Shown here in pieces: positions 36,228 through 44,076 of a DNA stretch of 64,000 bases. The stretch lies in assembly GCA_038209515.1 (NCBI GenBank), contig JBBQXQ010000002.1, positions 12,364-76,363 of the forward strand, in the 5' to 3' direction. The position numbers were made by a program, and so were the translations under genes. This DNA comes from Gemmatimonadales bacterium. GTDB lineage: Bacteria > Gemmatimonadota > Gemmatimonadetes > Gemmatimonadales > GWC2-71-9. The notes beneath the pieces are model-generated. The model was not told where the DNA came from and made no database searches. It saw only the letters and a program-made list of their open reading frames with translations. Positions within the stretch are counted from its first letter, which is position 1. Every line of letters starts with the position of its first letter.

Positions 36228-36656
36228 GTGATGCACGCAAAGAAAGCAGGCAAGAAAAGGTCGGCCGACTCGACCAGTGACGGAGCTCAGGAGCGACTCA
36301 GCGAGGTCCTGTCCACCTTCGCGACGCTGCGAGAAGACGGACGGGCGCTGATCGAGCGCATTCACGGCTCACTGCTGGAGATGCGCGACCTGCGGCAGCA
36401 GATACGGGCGCAGCGAACGGAACGAACGCCGGGTGGTGGTTTCGCACCGGCCCGGACCGCGTACCTGCAAATGGAGTTCGGCCTCACGGTCCGGGAGACC
36501 CAAGTGGCCCTGCTGCTGGGGCAAGGGCGCTCCAATGTCGCCATCGCGAAGACACTCGGCATCAGCACCCACACCGCCAGGCACCACACCCAGCGTGTGC
36601 TTGGCAAGATGAAGGTGCACTCTTGGGCGGAGGCAGGCGCGAAGCTCCGTGGTTGA
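36228..36656 (+). CDS. LuxR/GerE-type HTH transcriptional regulator
   Basis: C-terminal LTVRETQVALLLGQGRSNVAIAKTLGISTHTARHHTQRVLGKMKV is a canonical GerE HTH. The N-terminal ~70 aa has no recognisable domain. Confidence 0.85.
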   Translation: MMHAKKAGKKRSADSTSDGAQERLSEVLSTFATLREDGRALIERIHGSLLEMRDLRQQIRAQRTERTPGGGFAPARTAYLQMEFGLTVRETQVALLLGQGRSNVAIAKTLGISTHTARHHTQRVLGKMKVHSWAEAGAKLRG

Positions 36657-36904
36657 GGTCGCCATTTCCAGTGCAGTATGCAGGGCGACAATCCAGAGTT
36701 TTTTCCCGGCCAGTCTCACTCTAGCGTCTACAGCGGTTCGCTCGAGCAGGTGAGTCGCTCGTAACTCATTGGCGAGCAAAGATTCCTGAGCAGCGTGCCG
36801 GGGTGAGAAGGAACGCGCACAGGCGCTTTCGCAAGACCACGTCGAGGCATTGAACTTGCTTCTCGGGATGGACTAATCACTTCGTCCCTCTTCATTCCCT
36901 GAGA

Positions 36905-38674
36905 ATGCAAGCGAAACAAACCGGATTCCAGCTTACCCTACGGTCGCTCGAGTTCGTGCGGCCGTACCGCCGCACCCTGATCGCTGTCACCTGTCTCGCG
37001 CTCGTGCTCGCTGCCCTGAGCGCCGTCGATCCCCTCGTCATGAAATACCTCTTCGACCAGCTCGGCGCCGGCACCGGGCTCTCCAAGTTCAGCCTGGCCA
37101 TCGCGGCATTGGTGGTCCTGGAGATCGCGCGTTCGGGGCTTCAGGCATGGCTCGGTGTGCTGAGCTGGGACGTCCGGCTCGGGGTGGACTACACGGTGCG
37201 CGAGCGGGTGATGAGCAAGCTCAATTCGCTCCCGATGTCGTTTCACCAGAGGGAGACGATCGGCGCCACGATGAACCGGATCAACGCCGGAATCAACGGC
37301 TGCGTCACCGCCTTCTGCGACACCGCCTTCAATCTTCTGCCAACCCTGCTCTACCTCGTGCTCTCCGTCGCCGCGATGCTCCGACTGGAGTGGCACATGG
37401 CCGTTGCCGTCATCGTCTTCGCTCCGGTTCCGGCGCTCATCGGCGCCTGGGCCGCACCGGAGCAGGAGCAACGGGAACGACGCCTGGTCGAGCGCTGGAA
37501 CTCGATCTATGGGCGGTTCAACGAGGTGCTGGCCGGGATGATGACGGTGAAGGGGTTCGTGATGGAGGAGGAGGAGAAGCGGCGATTCCTGGCCGGGGTG
37601 CGGGAGGGGAACGTCGTCGTACGTCGAGGCGTACGCACCGACAACTTCACCGGTACGCTCCGAAGCCTCGCCGCCACCGCCGCCCGGCTCGCGGCCTTGG
37701 CCATCGGTGGCTACCTCGTGTATCGCAACGAGATGACCCTCGGAACGCTGGTAGCATTCCTGGGGTACATCGGAGGGCTTTTCGGACCGGTGCAGGGGCT
37801 CACCAACACCTATCAGACGCTTCGCCGGGCCACTGTCTCGCTCGAGGCCATCTTCAATATTCTAGACGCCGACGACGTGGTGGCCGACAGCCCGGGCGCG
37901 GCGGACGTCAGAGCGCTCCGGGGGGAAGTGGAGTTCCGCAGCGTGAGCTTCGGATACCAGCCGGGGTCATCGGTGCTGAGGAACATCAACCTGACCGTCC
38001 CCGCGGGTGAGACGATCGCCCTGATCGGGCCCAGCGGGAGCGGCAAGACCACGATGGCCACGCTGCTGCAGCGATTCTACCGGGTAACCGAAGGGGCGAT
38101 CACCATCGACGGCGTAGACATCCGGGACATGACCCAGCATTCGCTTCGGAGCCAGATCGGCGTGGTCTTCCAGGATGCTCACCTGTTTAATGACACGGTG
38201 CGGGCCAACATCGCGTACGGCCGCCCGGATGCCTCTCAGGAACAGGTCGAGATGGCGGCGCGAGCGGCCCAGGCCCACAGCTTCATCACGAACCTCCCGG
38301 AAGGCTACGACACCGTCGTGCGCGAGCGAGGCAGCCGGCTCTCTGGGGGCGAACGGCAGCGCATCGCGATCGCCCGCGCCCTGCTCAAGAACCCCCCGAT
38401 CCTCATTCTGGATGAGCCAACCTCGGCGCTCGACGTCGAGTCCGAGCACCTGATTCAGCGCGCGCTCAAGGCGCTCCTGCACGGACGCACGGCGTTCGTT
38501 ATCGCCCATCGGCTGTCGACGGTGCGCGACGCCGACCGGATTGTCGTGATCAAGGATGGGGAGATTGCGGAGGCAGGTAACCACACCGAGCTGCTCGCCC
38601 AGGGCGGGTATTACGCGTCACTGCTGAACAAACAGACCACGGGGTTCTTCCAGGAATCGGAGCGGGCGGCTTAG
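36905..38674 (+). CDS. ABC exporter with fused permease and ATPase (MsbA-like half transporter)
   Basis: Six-TM N-terminal domain. [43 protein letters not shown]. Confidence 0.95.
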   Translation: MQAKQTGFQLTLRSLEFVRPYRRTLIAVTCLALVLAALSAVDPLVMKYLFDQLGAGTGLSKFSLAIAALVVLEIARSGLQAWLGVLSWDVRLGVDYTVRERVMSKLNSLPMSFHQRETIGATMNRINAGINGCVTAFCDTAFNLLPTLLYLVLSVAAMLRLEWHMAVAVIVFAPVPALIGAWAAPEQEQRERRLVERWNSIYGRFNEVLAGMMTVKGFVMEEEEKRRFLAGVREGNVVVRRGVRTDNFTGTLRSLAATAARLAALAIGGYLVYRNEMTLGTLVAFLGYIGGLFGPVQGLTNTYQTLRRATVSLEAIFNILDADDVVADSPGAADVRALRGEVEFRSVSFGYQPGSSVLRNINLTVPAGETIALIGPSGSGKTTMATLLQRFYRVTEGAITIDGVDIRDMTQHSLRSQIGVVFQDAHLFNDTVRANIAYGRPDASQEQVEMAARAAQAHSFITNLPEGYDTVVRERGSRLSGGERQRIAIARALLKNPPILILDEPTSALDVESEHLIQRALKALLHGRTAFVIAHRLSTVRDADRIVVIKDGEIAEAGNHTELLAQGGYYASLLNKQTTGFFQESERAA

Positions 38675-39180
38675 TCGTCGTCGAGACCCTGGAAGGCCGG
38701 CACGTTGGTGAGCCAGAACCCAGCCAAGCCCCCTTCGTGATCCACTTCGATATAGAAGTTATCGGCGGCGCGCACCCCCTCGACCTGGCGCCGGGGACCG
38801 ATCTGGAGGTGGAAGACGCTTTCGGCGCCGTTGGTCTGCACCGAGAGCGTGGTGTCTACCTCGACCGAGGCGACCCCGGGACGTGAAGGCCGGGAGGGCA
38901 CGACCACGCGCCCGTCGGTCAGCTTGGCCGGGACCTGAAGGTCGGACACCGCGATCACCTCAGGCCACACCACCACGTCGAGGCCGCAGATCACGCCGTT
39001 GTTCACGTCCAGCACGGCCACCGACCCCTCCGCATCCGTGAGCTCCACGGTGCCGGTCATTCCTCCGCTTTTCCGGTTTCCCTTGAATGCGCCCGAGAGG
39101 ATGTCGGTCTCCGGGTCCCACCGCCAGCTGACCGAAGGTAGGGCTCCGCTCAACGGCTCGATCCTCGCGTCCATGCTCAT
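38671..39180 (-). CDS. Hypothetical protein
   Basis: 169 aa with high GC3. The start overlaps the aminotransferase stop by 4 nt, so it is probably co-transcribed. I recognise no motif. Confidence 0.6.
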   Translation of the reverse strand: MSMDARIEPLSGALPSVSWRWDPETDILSGAFKGNRKSGGMTGTVELTDAEGSVAVLDVNNGVICGLDVVVWPEVIAVSDLQVPAKLTDGRVVVPSRPSRPGVASVEVDTTLSVQTNGAESVFHLQIGPRRQVEGVRAADNFYIEVDHEGGLAGFWLTNVPAFQGLDDD

Positions 39181-40403
39181 GATGCTGTCATCACGCGGCT
39201 CGGCGCGGAGGCAAGACGCTGGATGAGGCGAAGGATCCGGTCCAGGCCCTGCTCCAGCTCATCATCGGACACCGCGTAACTCAGCCGCACCCAGCGGTCG
39301 TCCGCAAAGGCAGCGCCCGGCACCAGGGCCACACCTTCCTGCTTCATGAGCTGCTCGCAAAAGCTTTGGCCCGTCACCGGATCGGTCTCCCGGATCCCGT
39401 CCACCCGGAAGAAAAAGTAGAACGCGCCATGGGGCTCGACGAACTCGATCCCAGGCGCCTCGGTCCGGAAGCGGTCCACCAGGTAGTCGCGGCGGCGGCG
39501 GAACGCGGCGACCATTCGGGTCACCTCCGCATCGACCCGCTCATCGATGAACGCGGTGGCAGCGGCCCACTGCGCCGGATGGTTGGCGCCTGTGGTGGTG
39601 TGAGACTGGAGCGCTGCCATGGCCTTGGTAAGGTGCGGCGGGGCCAACGCCGCGCCGATGCGCCAGCCGGTCATCGCGTACGCCTTGCTCGCTCCGTAGA
39701 TGATCACCGTGCGCTCGAGTAGCTCGTCGGGCAGGTCGAGCAGCGAAGGCGCGGGACCGGGGCTGTAGTTGATCCGCCTATAGATCTCGTCCGAGATGAT
39801 CCAGATGTCGTTCTTCCGCGCCCACTCGGCGATGGCCCTGAGCTCGGCGAGGGTATACACCGCACCGGTCGGGTTACAGGGGGAGCAGAGGATGAGTCCG
39901 CGGGTGAGCTTGTGGCTCATCCGGTCGAGGTCCTTGACGCTCACCTTGAGGCCCCACTCAGGATCACCGGGGACCAGGACCGGCTCCGCGCGGGTCAAAT
40001 GCACGATCTGGGGATAGGAGACCCACGCCGGAGACGGAATCAGCACTCCGTCCTTGGGTCCAAACAGGGCAAAGCAGGCGTTGAAGATCGACTGCTTCGA
40101 CCCGGAGCTTACCACGATCTGATCGGGATCGATCCGGCGCCCGCCAGACATGACTGAGAGTTGCTGGGCTATGCCCCGCCGCAGCTCAGCAATGCCGACG
40201 TTGGGAGGATACCGGGTCATACCCTTCTGAATGGCCTGAATACCGGCCTGCGCTGCGGGGGCCGGGGTATCGAAGTCAGGCTCACCGACGCCCAGGTCGA
40301 GGACGTCCTCCCCGGCGGCCTTGCGGCGTTTAGCCTCATTGCTGATGGCGATGGTTTCGGACGCCTTGAGATGCTGAACGTTCAGCGACAAAGGATCAGG
40401 CAT
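39177..40403 (-). CDS. Class I/II pyridoxal-phosphate aminotransferase (aspartate aminotransferase-like)
   Basis: Start re-picked at the ATG 40403..40401: MPDPLSLNVQHLKASETIAISNEAKRRKAAGEDVLDLGVGEPDFDTP. SKAYAMTGWRIG contains the PLP lysine. The track ORF is over-extended to 40805. Confidence 0.9.
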   Translation of the reverse strand: MPDPLSLNVQHLKASETIAISNEAKRRKAAGEDVLDLGVGEPDFDTPAPAAQAGIQAIQKGMTRYPPNVGIAELRRGIAQQLSVMSGGRRIDPDQIVVSSGSKQSIFNACFALFGPKDGVLIPSPAWVSYPQIVHLTRAEPVLVPGDPEWGLKVSVKDLDRMSHKLTRGLILCSPCNPTGAVYTLAELRAIAEWARKNDIWIISDEIYRRINYSPGPAPSLLDLPDELLERTVIIYGASKAYAMTGWRIGAALAPPHLTKAMAALQSHTTTGANHPAQWAAATAFIDERVDAEVTRMVAAFRRRRDYLVDRFRTEAPGIEFVEPHGAFYFFFRVDGIRETDPVTGQSFCEQLMKQEGVALVPGAAFADDRWVRLSYAVSDDELEQGLDRILRLIQRLASAPSRVMTAS

Positions 40404-40502
40404 GCAGCAATCCGATGTGGGGGTCAGGTGCGGGGAGACCGGGGAAAAGTTTGTCCACGGCCGGGGGATGTCAACCGGAGCAATCGAGCTTAGCTTCACC
40501 GG

Positions 40503-41945
40503 GTGCCTACCTTCGAAGACCTGCATCTCACGCCTCCAATCGCGGTGGCGCTCGAACGGCTCGGTTGGAGCCCCGCCGACGCCAGGGCCAGGGAAGCCGC
40601 GCCGACGACGGCTCGAGGCAACAATCTCGTCGCCTATACGCCACCGGTGCCGTCTTATGCCGCACCCGGGCTTGCCGGTCTTCTCAGCCGTCTGCTCGAG
40701 GGTGGACTGGGACTCCTGCTGGCGCCCTCGAGCCAGCTGGACGAGTGGGGAGCCCTGGTGCACGACCTCTCCCGGGACAGCGGCCTCAGGGTGCAAGTCT
40801 CCCACGGGACCTCACGAGCGATGCGAAGGCTTCGGACAGGTGCGCTGGATCTGGTGATCGCGAGCCCGGAGACCGCGCTGACGCTGGCCACCCGATCCGC
40901 TCTCCGAATGGAGGATGTGACCGCACTCTTCCTGGCCTGGCCGGAGACCTGGGCCGACGAGGACAAGATCACCCCGTTGATGCAAGACCTGCCCAAAGAC
41001 GCAATGCGGGTCATCTACACCGCCAGCGCGGAGCGGATGGGGGCTCTGGTCGAGCGCTACGCGCGGAAGGCGCTCACCATCGGCGTCCCGGCCGAGAGCC
41101 TCCCCACCGTTGGCCCGGTTCGCACGGTGGGCGTACCGTGGGCACGGCGAGTACCGGTCCTGGCCGACCTGGTGGAGTTGCTCGACCCGGCTTCGCTCGT
41201 CATCTGGACCGCGGACCGGAGCCGGCATGCGGCCATATCGCAGGTCGTATCGGCCGGTGAGCCCGACGTCCGCCTGGTGACGGGAGACGCGCCCGCAGCC
41301 GGGACCATCATCGCATTCGATCTTCCCACTGGAGAACGGCTCCGGCAGCTGCTCGGCGCAGGCGAAGTGGTCCTGCTGGTTCCCCCCGAGGCGGAGAGCT
41401 ATGCCGCCCGAATCGCGGCGCCGCGGCGCCCGCTCCAGCTCCCCAGCCTGGTGGACTCCGTCATGGACGCGGCCAGTGGCCAGCGAGCCGCCATCACCAA
41501 GGCCATTGAGCAGGGGAAGCCCAACCGGGCGCTGCTGACGCTGGCGCCGCTCTTCGAGCGGCACGATCCCGCGGCCGTGGCAGCCGCGCTGTTCGACCTC
41601 TGGACCAGTTCGGCTCCAGCCGCGCCGGCCCCGCGGCCGGATATTCCGGCGACATCGAAAATCTATGTCGGCCTGGGAAAGAAGGACGGGGCGACGGCGA
41701 ATGACTTTGTGGCGGTGCTGACGAAGGAGCTGCGATTCGAGCGGGGCAAGATCGGGAGAATCGAGCTGCGGGACGCCTACTCGCTCATCGAGATCCCGGC
41801 CCAGGATGCGGAGAAGCTGGCCGGCGCGCTCAATGGGGTCACGGTGCGGCGGAAGCGGGTGACGGCCCGGGTCGACCGGGGGCCCGCCCGTCCACCGCGG
41901 CGCGAGAACGGTCCCTCGGGGAGGCCTGTCCGCCCCCGACCGTAG
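40503..41945 (+). CDS. DEAD-box helicase homolog with degenerate catalytic motifs and a DbpA-type C-terminal RNA-binding domain
   Basis: GTG start. The N-terminus FEDLHLTPPIAVALERLGW aligns to the Q-motif region of DbpA-like helicases. Walker A is YTPPVPSYA, DEAD is LAWPE and SAT is TAS. The C-terminal SKIYVGLGKKDGATANDFVAVLTKE...IGRIELRDAYSLIEIP matches the DbpA RNA-binding domain pattern. Confidence 0.75.
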   Translation: MPTFEDLHLTPPIAVALERLGWSPADARAREAAPTTARGNNLVAYTPPVPSYAAPGLAGLLSRLLEGGLGLLLAPSSQLDEWGALVHDLSRDSGLRVQVSHGTSRAMRRLRTGALDLVIASPETALTLATRSALRMEDVTALFLAWPETWADEDKITPLMQDLPKDAMRVIYTASAERMGALVERYARKALTIGVPAESLPTVGPVRTVGVPWARRVPVLADLVELLDPASLVIWTADRSRHAAISQVVSAGEPDVRLVTGDAPAAGTIIAFDLPTGERLRQLLGAGEVVLLVPPEAESYAARIAAPRRPLQLPSLVDSVMDAASGQRAAITKAIEQGKPNRALLTLAPLFERHDPAAVAAALFDLWTSSAPAAPAPRPDIPATSKIYVGLGKKDGATANDFVAVLTKELRFERGKIGRIELRDAYSLIEIPAQDAEKLAGALNGVTVRRKRVTARVDRGPARPPRRENGPSGRPVRPRP

Positions 41946-41963
41946 GCCGCACGCCGGATCCCC

Positions 41964-42254
41964 TTACCGTTTTCGGTTTACCAGATCCCTCAGGGCCCGG
42001 CTGGCCCGGAAGGCCGGCACGGTGGACGCCTTGATGTTCGCAGCCTTTCCGGTGCGCGGGTCCCGCCACTCGCGCGCGGCCCGCTTCCGGGTCTCGAAGC
42101 TTCCAAACCCCGTGATCGCGACCTTCCCGCCCCGCTTCAGCTCGGACGCGATAATCCCGCCCGACGCGAAGAAGAGCTCGGCGATTTCGGTTGCCTTGGC
42201 CTTGGTCACACCCAGTCGTTTGGCGACGGCGGCGACCAATTCCTGCTTGTTCAC
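41964..42254 (-). CDS. hup: HU/IHF-family DNA-binding protein
   Basis: Start re-picked at the GTG 42254..42252: (M)[28 protein letters not shown]...[44 protein letters not shown]. The track ORF is over-extended to 42323. Confidence 0.9.
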   Translation of the reverse strand: MNKQELVAAVAKRLGVTKAKATEIAELFFASGGIIASELKRGGKVAITGFGSFETRKRAAREWRDPRTGKAANIKASTVPAFRASRALRDLVNRKR

Positions 42255-42388
42255 TGGGGCTCCTTGCGAGGCAGAGAGAGCAATCGGCGGACGAATATCG
42301 TGGAGCGGACGAATCGTCCGCAAGGTGGCTGGAGTTTCCCGCTCGTGGCTCTACATTTTGCATCCCCACCCAACCAGGCGGAGTTGAA

Positions 42389-42994
42389 ATGAACTACGGG
42401 ATGCACCCCGGATGGATCGAAGTGATCAGCGGCGTCATGTTCAGCGGCAAGAGCGAGGAGCTGATCCGTCGAGTCCGTCGCGCCACGATAGCCAGGCGCA
42501 AGGTGCAGGTCTTCAAATCCCACCTCGACGCTCGCTATGCCGGGCTGTACAGCGTTTCCAGCCATGATGGGAGGGAGTTTGAGGCCAGTCCGGTGGATTC
42601 CGCCGGCGAGATCTTCCGCCTGGTGCGGCCCGACACCGAGATCGTCGCGATCGACGAGGCCCAGTTCCTCGACTCGCAGATCCTGAACGTCGCCACCACC
42701 CTGTCGGGCCAGGGCGTGCGGGTCATCCTGGCCGGCACCGACACCGACTTCCGGGGCGAGCCATTCGGCTCCATGGGCGAGCTCATGGCCATCGCCGAGA
42801 TGGTGGACAAGCTCCAGGCCATCTGCGTCATCTGCGGCGACCCCGCGTGCCGTAATCAGCGTCTCATCGATGGGAAGCCAGCCCGGTACGACTCGCCGAC
42901 GATCATGATCGGTGGTCGGGAGAGCTACCAGGCGAGGTGTAGGCACTGTCATTCCGTGCCGCGTCGAGACGAGGATCAAACGGCGTTGTTGTGA
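42389..42994 (+). CDS. tdk: Thymidine kinase
   Basis: Start re-picked at the ATG at 42389: [29 protein letters not shown] (P-loop), AIDEAQF, and the zinc-ribbon CVICGDPA...ARCRHCH. Confidence 0.9.
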   Translation: MNYGMHPGWIEVISGVMFSGKSEELIRRVRRATIARRKVQVFKSHLDARYAGLYSVSSHDGREFEASPVDSAGEIFRLVRPDTEIVAIDEAQFLDSQILNVATTLSGQGVRVILAGTDTDFRGEPFGSMGELMAIAEMVDKLQAICVICGDPACRNQRLIDGKPARYDSPTIMIGGRESYQARCRHCHSVPRRDEDQTALL

Positions 42995-43593
42995 TGCTCT
43001 CCGTAGCCTTGACGGGAAATATCGGGGCCGGAAAATCCACAGTCGCTGAGCTTTTCAAGCGCTGGGGAGCCACCGTGATTGACGCTGACCGACTGGGCCG
43101 GGACGCGCAGGCGCCGGGCCAGCCAGTGCTGGCGAAGATCGTCTCGAGGTTTGGAAAGGAGCTGCTACAGGCGGACGGGACCCTCGACCGGGCAGCGCTT
43201 CGGCTCAAGGTGCTCGCGGATGCGCGCGCGCTGGCCGATCTCAACCGCATCGTTCATCCGGAGGTGCAGCGGCGCCGACAGGCCTTGCTCGCCGAGGCAC
43301 GGGCCCGGGGCGACCGGATCGTGGTGAGCGACATCCCCCTCCTCTTCGAGTCGGCCGATCCGGCCGAGTTCGACGCCATCGTGCTGGTGGATGCGCCCGA
43401 GGCCGTGCGGCGGACCCGTCTCCTGACCACACGACCGCTGCCGCCGGAAGCAGCCGACCGCCTCATGGCGGTGCAGCTACCGTCCATTCCGAAGCGAGCC
43501 CGGAGCGATTACGTGATCGAGAACGACGGTGACCTGCCCGCACTCGAGCGTGCGGCCTCCGCCGTGTGGGATGCCCTCGTCGCGCGCGCTTGA
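42991..43593 (+). CDS. coaE: Dephospho-CoA kinase
   Basis: [31 protein letters not shown]. 4-nt overlap with the tdk stop. Confidence 0.9.
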   Translation: MMLSVALTGNIGAGKSTVAELFKRWGATVIDADRLGRDAQAPGQPVLAKIVSRFGKELLQADGTLDRAALRLKVLADARALADLNRIVHPEVQRRRQALLAEARARGDRIVVSDIPLLFESADPAEFDAIVLVDAPEAVRRTRLLTTRPLPPEAADRLMAVQLPSIPKRARSDYVIENDGDLPALERAASAVWDALVARA

Positions 43594-43646
43594 CCTCACC
43601 CTCCGCTCCGCCTATCCTCCGTCGCGCAACCACATCGGAGAGCGCG

Positions 43647-44036
43647 GTGTCGAACGTACCGGACGATCTGCTGTACACCCTCGAACACGAATACGTCGCG
43701 CCCACCACCGATCCCGCCATCGTGCGGGTCGGGATCACTGACTACGCCCAGGGCGAATTGGGCGATGTGGTGTTCGTCCGGCTTCCGAAGCAGGGCGAGC
43801 GCGTCACCGCTCACCAGCCGTTTGGCGAGATCGAAGCCGTGAAGGCGGTCTCCGAGCTGTTCAGTCCGGTCACCGGCGAGGTCACCGCGATCAACGACGC
43901 GCTCGACAGCGACTCGGGCGTGGTCAACCGCGACCCATACGGCGACGGGTGGATGGTCAAGCTCCGGGTGTCCAGCCCGGCCCAGCTGAAAGAGCTGATG
44001 TCGCCCAAGGCGTACCGGTCTCACATCGGGGAGTAA
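43647..44036 (+). CDS. gcvH: Glycine cleavage system H protein
   Basis: Start re-picked at the GTG at 43647: (M)[16 protein letters not shown]...[19 protein letters not shown]...[19 protein letters not shown], which contains the lipoyl-lysine motif E(S/A)VKA. Confidence 0.9.
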   Translation: MSNVPDDLLYTLEHEYVAPTTDPAIVRVGITDYAQGELGDVVFVRLPKQGERVTAHQPFGEIEAVKAVSELFSPVTGEVTAINDALDSDSGVVNRDPYGDGWMVKLRVSSPAQLKELMSPKAYRSHIGE

Positions 44037-44076
44037 GCGTCGATCCGCAAGGCCCACCAGGAGCACCACTCTCACC

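Noticed and set aside
36658-36715. GTCGCC...GGCGAC followed by a TTTTTT run after the LuxR-type gene, considered as an intrinsic terminator.
   Set aside because: The 6-bp stem encloses a 20-nt loop, and the T-run is about 10 nt away from the stem, which is not canonical geometry. It may still contribute to termination but is too weak to list as a feature.
39177-40805. N-terminal over-extensions of track ORFs. Here there are 134 extra codons. The same problem affects 1916..3046, 5788..7230, 7549..8121, 15462..16397, 22079..22810, 27173..28552, 41964..42323, 42191..42994, 43566..44036, 50131..51219, 53664..54557, 54790..55968, 57688..58806, 58736..59233, 60179..60976, 61257..61739 and 61522..62274.
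   Set aside because: Homology to the known family N-termini, signal peptides, RBS-like sequences and overlap geometry (ATGA/GTGA) point to internal starts. The extensions are Arg/Pro-rich and often overlap the neighbouring gene or promoter.
40415-41260. A 281-aa alternative-frame ORF overlapping the degenerate helicase gene. I checked whether the helicase motifs were lost through a frameshift rather than by substitution.
   Set aside because: The alternative frame is Arg/Gly/Pro-rich with no helicase motifs (no GSGKT, DEAD or SAT). The annotated frame stays colinear with DbpA-type proteins from the Q-motif region to the C-terminal RNA-binding domain. Motif loss is therefore by substitution, not by frame disruption.
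43594-43646. A possible glycine riboswitch upstream of gcvH; a GGAGAG string is present.
   Set aside because: Only about 53 nt are available, far shorter than a single glycine aptamer, and I could not find the conserved paired elements. A covariance-model scan would be decisive.
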